DNA from: Ptychomitrium polyphyllum
Taxonomy: Eukaryota
Reading direction: 5' to 3'
NCBI GenBank assembly: GCA_973851085.1
Contig: OZ316776.1
Location: 14,136,001-14,200,000, forward strand
Length of the DNA stretch: 64,000 nt
In this document: positions 39,401 through 53,593 of the stretch, one piece after another
Numbering within the stretch: position 1 is the first letter of the stretch
Layout of the letters: every line of letters begins with the position of its first letter
The notes under the pieces: generated by a model
Told to the model about the DNA's origin: nothing
Databases searched by the model: none
What the model saw: only the letters and a program-made list of their open reading frames with translations
Translations under genes and position numbers: made by a program

Positions 39401-42400
39401 TATCTTCTTCTAAACAACAATTTAGAGGATAAAGGATTTTTTTCCAAAAAGAAATAAGATACTTTTTATTGTAATCTAAACAAATTTTTAAATAATATCA
39501 TCTTTTTTATTATTGTTTAATGTTCATGTGCATGTTAAAATCAAAATTAAAATCCTTTAAATGTGGTATTTAACCATTGTTATGATGCAAACCATTTATT
39601 ACATATGAAATAAGCATTGTATGTATTTATTACTACTTTAAATATATAATTAGTTAGATAATATTATACTCTTGTTTTGAATTTATGTACTATATAGTGT
39701 TGGTTTGAAGATCACTTTTAAATTGAACATTAGAAGATTAAATAGAATCAAGGAAAATTATTAACAATTTAAAAGAAATCATTGATAAGTTAAAAAAAAT
39801 TGCTCAAAGAAGTTCCTTGTGACTTCTTTTAATGATTATTTAAGAGTCATAGGGACATAAAGGGATGAAAATTAAGGAATATGAAGAGAAATGTTGAAGA
39901 ATCTAAATTTAAATATTATAATATTAATTATTGTGAGTTGTTTGAAATTATGAAGAATTTGAGGATGTAAAAGAATTTTTTGGAGTGTGGTAGAACCTTC
40001 TTAAGGTGTGATAGAGCCTTTCAAAGCTTTTGGATGTTGAAAGGTGATTTTAGAAAAATAAAAGATAAGCAAAGAGTAAAACTTGTGATTTTTGCTTTAA
40101 TTATAAAGATTGCGGATTTTTTATTATGAATTTTGGACCATTATAAATGATTGAAGAGGTTTTTTTGTATACAATATATAATCTAAAATTTTAATAAAAT
40201 ATTTTAATAGTGTGAAAAAGATGATTACGTAGCTTCATTGAAAATAAAGTAATGGAATATTAAAGTGGTAGGAACCAAGAAATTATGGGAATCAAGTGAA
40301 TAAATTTTAAAAGCTTAATTCTTGGTAGTAACTATAGTTTTAGCTTCTGAGTTTATACAATATTATTTAATGTAACTCTTTAAAATTCTATAAAAATTGT
40401 TATGCTAGAAATGTAAGAATCGTAGTGAGACATGAAACCAAATATAACAAGGTATTTAGAGTGGAATTGAGTTATAAAATGTTGCAAGAATAAAATATGT
40501 GATGTAGCTTATTTAAGACTTAAATTAATTTAGAATTTGATGTACAAGTTTTTGATGAATTAAAAAAACATACACATAATTTATTATATAAAACAAAGCC
40601 GCAAGTTGAAAACTGAATGAAGATAAAGGTAGCTAGGTTAAAATAAAAGCTAGCCAATGCAAGAAATGTTTAATATATAAAAAATAAAAAAGGCTGGTTT
40701 TAAAAAAATCACATTTATAAAAATAACATTAGTCAAGGATAAAAGTTGCAAAAATAACAATTATCAATAATGAGAAGTACATATGGAGTAATATAATTTT
40801 TTTTTAAATTACTACATTAATGACTACATTACTGGAAAGTACTTATTGATAGTATTTTGATGAATCTATTAAACTTGAAATTATGCTAAATCATTTTTAA
40901 TAAATTTTAGCTTAGAAATAAAATGATTAAAGAATATTATTCAAGATAAGTGTGAAGAAGCTAAAATGCTTTAATTATAATTGAAAATTTAGTTTGTGAA
41001 ATTAATTGTACCAACTACGTCACTTTATTTTTTTTGTCTTAAATTACATTGTTTGTTATATCCTTTGAACAAAGAAAAGCATAGATAGTTTTTTAATATA
41101 ATTTATATCAACAAAAAAAAGTTATATAGAAAATTCTAAATTCTAATCTTAAATTTACAAATTTGAAAAAAATTAAAAGATTATGTAAATTTAATATGTG
41201 AAAATCTTGTATTTTTAATGGATGATAATATTTTAGAAATAGCTTTAGCTAGATTTTTAATTTATTGTAAATCAATAATTCAAAATAATACATTGCTATT
41301 GAAATTAATAGCATCTAGCCAACCTGGTAACCATATAATTTGACCAACATTAAAACCTAAATTATCCGCATATTATTCTAATTAATTTTTTCTTAAAGTA
41401 TTTTAAATGGCTTAGAAGGAACTTGAATTCTTTATTCTATAATATTGCTTGGCCTAATGATCTTTTATATATATTTCCAATATTTATTTTATGTACTATT
41501 GTATGTAGGTTCAGCAATTTGGAATCTTTTATGCTTGATGAATCAACAAGTCCTTTTGTCCTTCAAATAAGAGAGTCTAATGTATTAAGATGTGTAATTT
41601 GGCTTGTAGTTAAATGAATCAGAAAATTTCAATTTATTTAACAATAACAATAAATAAATAATTTGAAATGAACTTTTGAATTTATCTATAGAAAATCTAT
41701 ACTTAGATTTTAACAAATGTTATAGCATTCTAAAAAAAATATTTAAATTGAACATTTAAACTTCTTTATGATTACCTAAATTATAATATTATGTCAAATA
41801 ATTTTTAAAATTAAAATATTTCTTTTTTTTACTCAAAAGAGAATAATTTTTGAAATAAATTTGTAATTATTTTTTTAAGAATATAATATATATAATTTTA
41901 AGACAAAAATAAAGTATGAAATTCTGAAAACTAAACGGATTGCTTAAGGCTCAAACCTAGAACTTGTCAAATGAAAGTATCAATTCCACGAGCCTCTTTT
42001 TATAACACAAAAGTGGACAAAAGTGGACAAAAGTGGATAGAAACGCTTCAATCAGATTTTTAGCTATGAATAATCAGGTTAAAACTGATGACTTCTACCA
42101 TGTCTACCATATCAAGGTTATAGTCTACTACTGAGTTATATCCCTTTTTACAAAAACTTGTTAATTAGCACTTTAATCAATTATAGTGATGATGTATAAT
42201 TGCATGAATAAGCATATATTAACCCGTTAAATTTTTTTTATAGTGAAATCATTATTTCAAATTCATAGATATTACTAAAATATTATTATTTCTTTATTTG
42301 ATTGATTACAAAAATATTAACTAGAAGCCATATGAAACAATTCATGTACAATTTTGTATAATAACATTGAAGGTAATTTTTTTGTTAGTTGCACATACAA

Positions 42401-43652
42401 ATGATTAATTGTTTTAAATATATACTAATAGAAATACCATATATTAGTAGAAATAATAAAAATAAAATTTATTAATATTAAATTTACAAATGAGAAACTG
42501 TAGATTTTTAAAAATTATATAACATTTAACATATAACATTTATAAGTGCACTTTTTTCCAAAAGTTCCAAAAAGATAAATTTAGAATATTATAATATTTA
42601 AAGAGGTAACATTTAAAAAAAGGCAACTATATGTAATGCAAATGCAATCGCAAACAATGCTAACAAAGAGCTAAAATTTGGAAAGAGGGTAGGATGCATC
42701 TGTTGAGGTGCAAATCGTTGACCATAAATTCTCAACATCAATTGCTACATAACTCCATCTCTTTTGTAATATAAAATACTTTCATTTTTTACATATTGTA
42801 GTCATGATTACACGCTCTACATCCATAATTCCATAACATTATATAAACTCTACAACACTCTCTTCATCACATAACATAAGGTTGGTAAATGATTCTCAAA
42901 TCTTTGTGTATTTGGCCACAACTTCCTTATACATTAGAACTCATAAAAACTTTTCTAACACTATTCCTATTATTCTAATATTTCTAATAAAAATCAATCA
43001 AATTTATCTTGAGGTTTGTCATTAAGTGAATTTTAATCTTGTTGCTTACCATAAATCAAGGCTTTTATCAACATAATCAATACAAGCATCTTCAAAGCTA
43101 CAAGTAAATCTAACTTAATATTGTCTTATTGGATGAACTTCACCAACTCATCATCTCAAGTGGCCATAAAAGTTTAGGATCCAATAGTTTAGGAGCCAAC
43201 ATGTCCATATCTAACTCAACCAGATATAGTAAAAGAGTATGTTGAGATACCGAACAGAACCAGTTCATGCTGGGATAAGCTCGAGGTGGATGAAAGGATT
43301 ATCTTTAACACCGGTCCGCACTGAGAGACTGTAGTAAATTAGAGCAGGGGAACAAACGATCAAAGGCAGACCCTACCGAGCCTGATGACAAAGGGTCAGT
43401 CATTCTTGGGAGGTCACATGTCTTTCTTGGGAGGTCGCATGTCTTTCAAACTCGACAGACATGACAGTGGTAAGTAAAAAATGCAAGCAGAGGCAACAGT
43501 TTTGCACTGCATACATGATTGCATACTGTATAAGCAAATCGAATAAGAAATCAGCAAAGCAAATCACTCACCTGGACTCGGTTTTCTACACTATAACCCC
43601 CTTCCTGCATGTTACGACCTCAAAATTCATGAAAAATGCCCACGAGACGATA

Positions 43653-45298
43653 TCAAGGGTCAGTGCCGAACTGCGAAAGCAGGACAACGCCACAGACGAC
43701 CGAGACGGACGAACGGAGGATCACGGCCTTGCAATCCAGGCCCACAACCTCGTGATAGTAGAACACAGCCCATAGCGAGCTCACGAGGATCTGGCACTGC
43801 ACCAAGGGCCACCCGAGCGACATGCCCAGGTACAGCGTTGCATACACACTGCAAACATTGCCCATGCTCCACAGGATTCCTTCGGTCAGTGCCGGAAGTG
43901 CCGCTACTTGGAGCTGGAATTTGGGGCTGGGCTTGCCGGCTATGAAGCGGGCCAGAGAGTAGGCTGCGAGGATGAGGGTAGTGATGGCCATGACGCCCAT
44001 GCCGAAGGAGAGGATGTACTCTGCTCCCACGACTTCTCTGTTTGCGAATTTGAGCGGGAGTATAAAGCTGCCGTTGAGGACGCCCACCAGGATGGCGCAC
44101 AGGGTACCTCGTGAGTACTTGAAGGGCTCTTCGGGTTAGGTTGTGAGTGGCACGCACCTTCGTCGGGGATGAGAATCTTGATGAGAGGATCGGACATCAG
44201 GGTCTGGTACTCATGCCACCCTGTTCGTGGTTGGGGTGGTTGTGTTAAGGGGTGAGTGATTGTAGAATATGGAGGCATTGAGGGTGAAAAGGGAAGATTA
44301 GTTGAGCGTTAAGATGTCGTTTACCTTGATTGGCCTCTAGCGATTGAAGTGACGATTTCTGGTATTTAGTTGCGGAGCTTGAGAGGGTATTGCTTCCTGA
44401 CACTGCTGATCCAATACCAAACATTCCAATGGCCATAATGGCCAAAGCCAGAAGTGAGAGCCAATACTTTCAAGTCGGCTCTTTGAAGTAAAATGTTCCC
44501 CATAAGTACGAAACGAAAACTGAACCCAAAAACAAAATGCAAGACGTTAGGAAGGAATCCAGTGCACGAAGTCAAAGACTGAGAAATCGAACACTAAACC
44601 AAAACATAAAATGGAAGGTGAGGAAGGTTCCAATCGTCCTGCTAAGTGCGCTCCATAACGCTTGAGGGGTCCCACTGCCGGCCAACTACACCGCGGCGAT
44701 GGCACCCACGCCAGTCAACACCCACAGCCCTCCGCCCGCAAGCCCCCACCACGTGAACCTCAAAGGCTGCCTCGCACGCCATCAAGAAACCATGAGAGAG
44801 AACTTATGACTACTTGCATTTAAGTTCCCCACAGAATGGATGTCGTTTGGGTTAAGCACGAGTTGCATACATACCACAAACAGCAGGAGTAGCCAGGAAC
44901 TGGAGAAGCATGCAGTGGACTTGTAGAACTGGAATGTGATGGGATCAATCTGCGCATCCATGACATGCGGAAACCGGATGGGGTCCGCTGTAATACCACA
45001 TAACAAGATATCAGCCCTACCCTTCCAAGTTCAATTCGGCATTGACATGACCAAGTGCAGCTCTTCGACACCACTCGTCTCTATGTCTGGCGCAACTGCA
45101 GTCTCTGTGAGTTAGGAACATAATCTCGTGGACTCATCAGGACCCCAAAGCAGAGGGCTACCCCAATGTGGGTTGAGAGACGCACTATGAAAACAGAGGA
45201 CAATGTGGATGACCAGAATGTGAGAGTGGAAAGGTACCGTAAGAGCCAAACAAGAGCACGGAGCCCAACGCCGCCACGATGCCAAGCATTTCCCCCAT
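43653..45298 (-). pseudogene. TMEM144-like (DMT-superfamily, putative sugar transporter) pseudogene
   Basis: Exons ~45298-45238, 44987-44875, 44766-44640, 44519-44325, 44220-43653 give MLGIVAALGSVLLFGSY..DPITFQFYKSTACF..FTWWG..EGILWSMGNVCS..GWPLVQCQILVSSLWAVFYYHEV. Lesions: in-frame TAG (44686-44688), in-frame TGA (44470-44472), GG in place of a GT donor (~44639) and a frameshift near 44110-44160. Confidence 0.75.
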
Positions 45299-47609
45299 CG
45301 CCAACAATGTTGAAGAAGCTTCCACTCACGTAAACCTGGTCGCCTCACACATGTCTCCCACTTCTACCGTCCATAGCCACCACCGCGCTGCTCTGCACTG
45401 CAGGGTCGGTAACCCATACCGGCCACCCAGTCAACCACGCAGCCTGCAACATGCGAGACAACCCCCATACTTCTCGACACACTTCTTACAACATTCCAAT
45501 CCATGTTTTCTATTTGCAGTTTTGACATGTTTTGATATGAAATGTGCAATAGAGCATCTAAATTCACTTACTTTATACTAGTCTCAAATGATTCTTAATC
45601 AACTATTTCTTATAAACTTCTCAATCACATATTGTCCTATCCATAGAAATCACTATAATTTTTTTTTGAAGCTTATTAAGCCCACTTTTGGAATTATATA
45701 TACAAAATCCAAGGCTTCAAATAATGATTGGAAATAATATGATGAAATATGTGTAATGTCCAAGAACTTAGATAATTTTTTTCACAATCTCTACCATTTT
45801 CAAATACTTACTATCACACTAATCTTGCTCTACATTAGTTACTTGAAACTTCATTAAAAGTCTCTTTAACCACTTAATAGTGGTGCGAGTCTAGTCATCA
45901 CCATCTCCAATGTCTATTATTTTTTTTGCATTATTTTGTGAATAGTTTTTTCTTTGTGTAAGTAGTCAAATGAATATTTGCAAGCACAAAGTCCAAGAAG
46001 TATGCCTAGTTTACAAACTATTTAAGGACTTCATGATATGTAAGTTTTTAAAGATAAATTATGATCATTGTACTAAAAAATTTTCATTGTAATCTAAATT
46101 GGGTATTAAAGGCAAAGATGGCAATTAAATTTTGATGGTGATATAAGGTTGTAAGGTTGTACAAGTTAATGGCAAATGTAGGTATTGATGTATTGAAATA
46201 TAATATAAAATAGCTATTACATGACTTACAATTCAATCAATAATATATCCACATATAAATATATCAATGAAGACTTATAATCTGTACAAAAAATTAGAAC
46301 ACAACATTTGGAAGAATTCATGGAATGAGATGGAAGGAAGCAAAAAAATATATTAGTAGATGGAAGAAGATGCACCATTAGGCTAATGGCTTTTATGCTC
46401 ATGCTGATGGACTAAGCAACAAGTTGAAAAGTTGACAATTACATTCATTTGAATCTTCACATCCTCCACACAAAAATATCATATATGTCAAATAGAAGAA
46501 TACCACACAAAGGAGACAATCATATAGAAGCTCAAATGACGTTCTTCAAAATTTCTCCGTTATTATTGATTTATTTTCCAAACAAGCCCTCAATGAAACA
46601 AATTCCTAAGCATTCTTTGGGCTATCTAACACTTTTTCCTATGGAAGACAAAGAAAAAAAATAAAAATTGTCTGAAACGTAAATAATTGAGAGAGAGTAT
46701 AAACCATGGGAGAAATGAAAGATATTAAAATGATGAAAATGGAAAAAGACTTCTTCTATAGTTTAATTCTTTGGTTGCTATTTCAAAAACACTCTCAATA
46801 ATAATTAACAAAGTAAGGCTTTTCTATTACAATGGAAGTGAGCAATTTATTTTTCATCAAACTTCAAATTGCCTCTTCCAGAAATGATAGGACAAAGAAT
46901 TTTTTTGATCAAGCATATTGATGCAAGTCTCTAAATACAGTCAAAATGCCTTGTCCGGGACAAGCTATGAAGTGGCCCTTACCTTGGGAGAAGGTGAGCT
47001 AAGAGAGAAGGTAGCTGAGAGACATCGTGAGAGGAATGTGTGGATTTTGAACAACCATACATTTGGACCTCAGCTTCACGTCATGATTACCTCACTATAC
47101 AATTTTGCTTTGTGGATTCCTGTTGCCATGACATGGATGCTGCAAATGCTATTTCTATACATTGAGGGCCTGAAAAGCAGTGATTTGATATGTTCAATCA
47201 CAAGAGCAGTATGGGAAATTGCACATATGTTTCTAGTAATAGTGCAAATGCCATGTGTAGTACTGTGTAATAGTGCAAATGCCGCTTACAACAAACTAGT
47301 GTAATACCAAGGGTGATACCAGGGAGGGCATCTGATGAAATGGACTAGGTCACTGAGGTGTAAGCCTGCCTTAGAAGCGGGCATCCTGTAAAATAAACTC
47401 AGTTGATTGTTTCCTCGCTTCTAGAAAGACTCTGCGAGAGTGAGCCATGCTCACTATTTTCGCATGATATCCACAAGGCTTCACGATCTGAGGTACAGTA
47501 CTTGAAGATTGTATTTATGTAAATATGATACATGTAAATCTACAAGGCTCTGTCAAACACGAAGAGCGTGGAAGCAAACTAACATACTTCTCATTGCTTG
47601 TAAATTTTT

Positions 47610-49862
47610 TTATTCTTTAACCTTCACTACCTTCACTAGTGGTCCTCCTAATTGTTTACTCTCTCCCGGCGATAGACCAGACTTTAGTGGTGCTTCTGTT
47701 AAGTGTTTGTTCTCTGCTGGCGACTGACCAGACTTCACTGGTAGTCCGGCTAATTTTTTCCCCTGTGGCAGTGACGGAGCAGACTGTACACTCCCATTGG
47801 TTGCCACAGCTGGAACAACTTTAGTTGGAGTTATCCTCCTCAAGCAGCTATGCGCACTGACAACTGCAAAACCGCGTCAGTAGTTCCCTGTTAGCATGTA
47901 ATCCAACCTTCCATGACCTAATTTTATTATGATCCAATGACGGCACTAGGCTTCTTTTCTGGAATCATTATGAAAACAAACCCATGTTGATTCGACCATT
48001 CTTGATTTCTGAATTCATGCAAGCACATTGAAGAAACAATCTGATTACAGATAAGACTGATTTCATGGATATCCGCATTACATATAACTAATCTAGATCC
48101 CACACTGAGCTAAAACCATTAAGACCACGTGAGTGTTGCCTGAGGACCGTATATTATGATGTCAAAATGTTCACGAAAATAAGATAGCATAGAGAACTGA
48201 AAAAAATAATTCTAGTATCTTATTGAAAAGGGGAAAAAGGCGAACCTAAAATACTTGCTATCCCAGCCCAGAAAAGCGCCAATGCTACTTTGCAATACAC
48301 CATCAACACCACAGTTACTGCATGAGAAGACCACACAACGTTTCAGAAAACAGGCAGTCCTGCTCCCATGCAGCTGAAATCAAATACAGTGCTAGTAAGG
48401 GAATTGAAAAATTCACAGAACAGGAATGTTCTCACTTGTCATGCACTCAAACCTACAACTACTAACTGAATGATTGTGCAATTTGAAACAATAAACGCTA
48501 GTCTGACAGACTAATACAGTTCGCTGAATGATTCACATGAAATAACGTCAATTGTAAACCGGCATGATAAGCCCGTTCTGACATAGGTAAACCTTGAAGA
48601 CAAAAATCTTCCGGCAAGTAGTGATGAGAAAATTCTATCAATTGAAAAATCAGCGGTCTCAAACTGAGAGGCCCAACTGGGTATTGCAGATGATAATAAA
48701 ACTTCACGTTCAGAATTCTTTTATTATTTGAAAAGAGCTTTTAAAAATATAACAAATTAAGAGATTTACAAGAAGAGAAGTCAGGAAATGCAGGATGTTG
48801 TACCAGTGTTTCCCAAAAAGGCAAGTGCCCGGTAGCAATAACCATTCCTTTCCAGGCCCCATTCATCACCTGCTCTCCTCAAAGTATCCCAAACCAGGAT
48901 CACAGATATGATTCCCAACAATGCCATCGGCATTTGATACCTGCATGCACAACAGACAGTCATGCTCACGTAACATTGGATATTTGGAGATCATGAGCAG
49001 ATGCTATCTGATCACCACACCAATCCTTTCACAAACCAGTACGTGAACAAGCAATAATCTCATCTCATTTGTATCCTTGCAACTTCGTCAATACGGTTCA
49101 CCAACATGAAGGGTAAAAAGAACATGCAACCATGACAATAATTTGTATGAACCACTTCAGAAGCTTACAAGAGAATTAGAAAGACAATAGCCACAAGAAT
49201 GACATAATTGCCAATGTATCTCCGTATATTTTCATCCATTCGTAGCTGCGCTTGAGCAATACTCCTAGGCCAGGAATATGTGTTTCCTGGGCCAAATCCG
49301 CAATCAAAAAACTCACCCGTCCATGAAACTGGCTTCTTCAGCAAATCGTCCACTGCCAGAAAGTCAAAGAAAGGAATGGTTAAATGCATGGAAACAAGGG
49401 CAAGTTATTATTCTACAAATGCACCTTGGTCGTCACAAGAAGTTTAAAGTTTATCGTAAATAAGCGAGAATTTGTACAAAGGTAAAATCCTATCCTCGAC
49501 CAAACCTCTAATCGATAATACATGCTTGTGAAAAAGGACGGTTACTGATCATAGCACCGCCTTCTAAAATTATAGACAGAGACTCTATCTAAGAGAAATT
49601 TCCAGTCCTGCACTTAAAAACGAAACAGGCATACCCGAGCCAGAAATAAGAACAAGGTCGTCAGCCACATACCTGTTAAATTCATAAATGGATTAGACTT
49701 TACAGCCTTCGAGAATTCTCTGAAAGAACTATGCAATGGCCGTCGTAGATGATGATCTAATCCCGTTCGGTCAAGTGTTTCCAAGTGTCCATTTTCCCGC
49801 AACCACGCCTCAAATGCCGTCTGGGAGAGGCTCAAGGACAGTGGGTTCTCCTTAAAGGCCAT
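47610..49862 (-). CDS. PRA1H: PRA1 family (prenylated Rab acceptor) protein, PRA1.H type, 5 coding exons
   Basis: MAFKENPLSLSLSQTAFEAWLRENGHLE..NPF..LRMDENIRRYIGNY..YQMPMALLG..HSCLRRITP. Exons 49862-49673, 49352-49169, 48940-48804, 48317-48246, 47863-47610, all GT-AG and in phase. Confidence 0.87.
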
Positions 49863-51465
49863 TCTTTTCTTGGCCAGCTTGTCACTCAGAACTGGTCGTG
49901 TGCTTAACACAGAATGCTTCTTGACAATCAACGATGATTTTATCAACCAATGGAGCCCTGCTTAGTGCTCCAGCTGCCTAATCTAATGCTGTAAGTCTTT
50001 GAGAGTTCAGAAACAGCTCAATCTTTTTTGCAAGCTCGCCCGCTAGATTGAAGTTTGACTGTCAACATTGTCAACATTGCAGCGATGCCCGGTAAGAGCC
50101 TGATACAAAGATTAGACACAGGAGCATCAAATGAAGTACAGAAACAAGTGCTCTAGAGACAATGTAGAGAAAAGAGGAGAATCTGAAATTTAAACCAATT
50201 TAAAATTGAGGGGAAGCAAATTGAAATTCGTATTCAGAAAGTGACAACTATCATATCGTCATCCCAACCCTAACGAGACAACTTCGCAGTAGTATTACCA
50301 CCGAATTTCGGCTAGCAGATGCAGACCCAATTAGCTCCACGTAGTGACCATCACAGCAAGTAGAAGTCAACCACGTTCTATCGTAATAGTAACAGCAGAA
50401 CTAGCAAAACCTAAATGAAGTATTCACGCGATGAAACCCTAAAACCGAATGTCACACAAATTCCGTTTTCTCGGTTCCCAATGCTCTTGCTTCCGAACAG
50501 TATAAAGTTTGATGCCAAATGCATCTTTGTAACTTCGTTCTAATAGTTAACTCAGATCAAAACTCTAGCTCTTCAACATAAAACTTTTCTCTCAACAACA
50601 CACGTAACCTCTGCAGCCAGGTCTAAGAAAGGATTTCAAAAGCATCCCAGACCGAGGGATTCAAGCTTAATCTTCTCACCACAAAGATCTCCACAAAATG
50701 ACTCCTTCCGCCGCGCCCTCCAAACCTTTTCTCCACAAATCAACGCAATATTCGTCCGCAAACTGCGTCACCTTCCTCCAAACAGCCAAATTCACTCTGG
50801 ATCCAACAAGAACTCCAAATTCAAGCCCCTTCCACAGTAATCCAGAATCCAAAACTCAACACTCCACGATCATAGCACCGCCACCACACCCACACTTCCA
50901 AAAACTAAAAATCCTTGAACTCCACAAAGTGGGGCAACGCAGTATAGAAACCCTAAAACTATCAAAGTTCATAAAACCTCGCGCTAGAAACTAGATTCCT
51001 GGTCCAAAGCCACCCCAAGACTGCGAAATGTGCGAAATCTGGATAGAGACGGCAAAGGGTGGAAACCAGAAGACTCAGACAGCCAGGTGTTCTACCTGAA
51101 ATAGTACCTAATTCATGTAATACGGCACTGTTTTTCGCAAGACCAGGCTCGTTGGAACAGTGATCGCACAGAGAGCATGCCAAGGCCATCTCATCGTTAG
51201 CGCAGAGTGGAGCACTCCGTGCGCGTCGCAGAGCAATCGATATGTCGTGCAGAGGTGAAGAGCTCCTTCTGGTGCTTGACTGTTCCCTTGAAGGTCGGTG
51301 TTCGGCGTTCTCTTGCTGTGCTTTTTGGTTTCCGTTCGTTCTCCGTTCTTGGTTACCAGGAAATAAAACACGTGTCGGGGCGTAAGAAGTAATTGAATCG
51401 TAGAGTCGTAGCAACAAATCGGAATGAAACTTCTGTCATCTGTTGGTGGACGGATGAGATCTTCG

Positions 51466-51548
51466 TAAGGACACCTAGACGACACCTTAAGGCTTGAATG
51501 TAGAATCTGGATAGAACTTATACAGTTAAGGACACCTAGACGACACCT
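51466..51548. repeat. 22-bp direct repeat TAAGGACACCTAGACGACACCT, two copies with a 39-bp spacer
   Basis: Exact copies at 51466-51487 and 51527-51548, in the GC-rich region upstream of the PRA1 gene. Confidence 0.85.
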
Positions 51549-53215
51549 ATCCGCTCTTGAAGGCCAGCTGGGCGCACGAATTGGTCGCGGCTGCCACCGT
51601 GGCTTATAGGCTCCGTTGCCATTGACCACCCGCCGCTGGTGTGGTAACGCCTGCAAGTGTCCCAAGACCGCCCTTCAAGATAGTGCCATCATATAGCATT
51701 CCTTTGCGTATGTTATGGCCATGGCTATGCAGTACGCTGATGCCATCATACGCCAGCGTTTTGTTCCTTCCCATACTGAAGTATATGAGACTAAGGATAA
51801 CATTGCCCAGGGAAAGTGAACACATGAATGAATTCAAACGGCACTTGGAGTAAGATGTGACATCACTTCTTGGTTTTTGTTATTTATACTTAAACTTTAC
51901 AACCTTAAAGAGTCCTATGGGATTCTTATAGAAGAATTTTCTTCCTTCTAAAATATTTTTTCTCAAGACTAACTTTTACCACATATGTCAAGTTAACTTA
52001 AGTTTTCTTAATTATGAACGACCTTCATCTTTAGAAGCTTCTCCTTATTTGGTTTTTTAAAATTTAAGGTTAATCCATTTTAGATAATTGTAATACATCC
52101 TTCTTTTGTCGTTTAGCCATCCAACCATTCTATTCTTTAAATATTTCCAAAGGCTTGCAATTCCATGATCCTTAAGCATTTGATGTCTATCTTTTGCTAA
52201 TGCCTTGTCATTGCATTGGTCACCATGAGTAGTGTTAAGCAATAATCCAAGCATATCACTTCACTCTTTATTTTTTTACAAATGAATGATGCATGCACAT
52301 CAATGTATTTTGAATGAAGTAGTGTGGAATTTCTTATTAATGCAATACACTGTTAATTGTTATACATAATAGCTGGAGGCTCTTCAAGCTTCAATTCTAA
52401 AAATTTCTAAAATTGGATTATTTCTTTCGTACATTGTTTAGTTGCCATGTATTTTGTTTCAATTGTAAACAATAAAACAATATGGCTTTAAATCCTGAAA
52501 AAAATACACAACCCAATGGAAACTGTTAGGGACACAAGAAACAAGAAACAAAAACGAAGTGTTTCCCAAGAATTAGCTTCCAAAGAGCTAATGATTAACA
52601 AGAACTTGATACAAAGACTAGAACAAGGCAGGATTCAAAATGATCATCAACTTGTATTGGCAAGACTAAGGAATACCTTATCTTGCCTCCTATTTATACT
52701 ATGACGGTTGTATCTCCTAGGATACTTCTAATGAAGCTTCCTACAAGGCTTAAGAATGTTTTGGAAGTCTAAGGAACATTCCCAAGAAGTTTCCTAAGAT
52801 GTTGAAACCTTCCTAAGAGTCTTCCAAGGAGTTGGAACCTTCCTTGGAAGTTTCCTAAAATAGCGGAACCTTCTTAGGAAGTTTCCTAAAGAAGTAGAAC
52901 CTTCCTAGGAATTTTCCTAGGAAGTTACCTAAGATGATAGAACCTTCTTAGGAAGTTTCCTAAGGTGGAGGAACTTCCCTAGGAAGCTTCTTAAGAACAT
53001 GGAAAGACTATGGAGACATCTTAAAATATTCTAAGAAGCTATTATAGTATACTAGAAGGTTCTAGAATGTTCTAAGGACTATGTTGCATGATCTATGTCC
53101 ATGACATCACCTCCCCACTTAGCAACGAGTTCCATGAGGAGCTCTATTCTTGGCTTGCTTATCACATTTTTACAAATTCCAAAATTTGTCAAAGGAATGA
53201 AGCAACATATTCTGC

Positions 53216-53593
53216 TCATTGTTCTTTGTTCACTAGTTCAACTCGTCCTTGTAAGAAGTGCCGATGGCCACCGGCCAAGACTTGTGTTGTTGAAATGTCC
53301 CATCCCAAGATCTGATCTTGATTAAGTCCTTTAAAACATCCTCCAAACAAGATTTCGGGTCCTCCAAGGGTGACTCTTCCAATTTCTAACAAGATGCCTA
53401 GAGCGCGAGCATCTGAATCAAGACTGGAATGTGAAAGGCGACTAGTTAATACTTCTATACGAGGTCGTACTCGACGTTGGGATGTCCCTCCCATATCTTG
53501 ACTTAGTTCCTCCGTTATCGAGGGCTGAGAAAGTTGGATTGGCTCAACAGATGTTGTTGTTGATGAAGGCATGGCCAACTGCTCTTCACGCAT
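53216..53593 (-). other. Extra ORF (125 aa) between chromodomain and PPT of element B; frameshifted counterpart in A at ~36593-36966
   Basis: ATG-initiated sense ORF in the ~650-bp interval after the pol stop. No recognisable domain. Confidence 0.4.

Noticed and set aside
43285..43390. Possible C/D-box snoRNA (ATGA...CTGA motifs)
   Set aside because: Box C is imperfect and no rRNA or snRNA guide complementarity could be recognised.
42009..43447. Short local duplications (AAAAGTGGAC x3 at ~42009; 21-bp duplicate at ~43403-43446)
   Set aside because: Ordinary slippage products with no further structure.
51466..51548. CRISPR-like repeat-spacer-repeat
   Set aside because: Only two repeats, eukaryotic context and no cas genes.
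50698..51853. ORFs of 61-185 aa upstream of PRA1
   Set aside because: No motifs or splice-consistent structure. Likely promoter or 5' UTR.
37754..52523. Segment already inverted by A-B crossover
   Set aside because: The host solo LTR is colinear on both sides of A with a matching TSD, so there is no net inversion at A.
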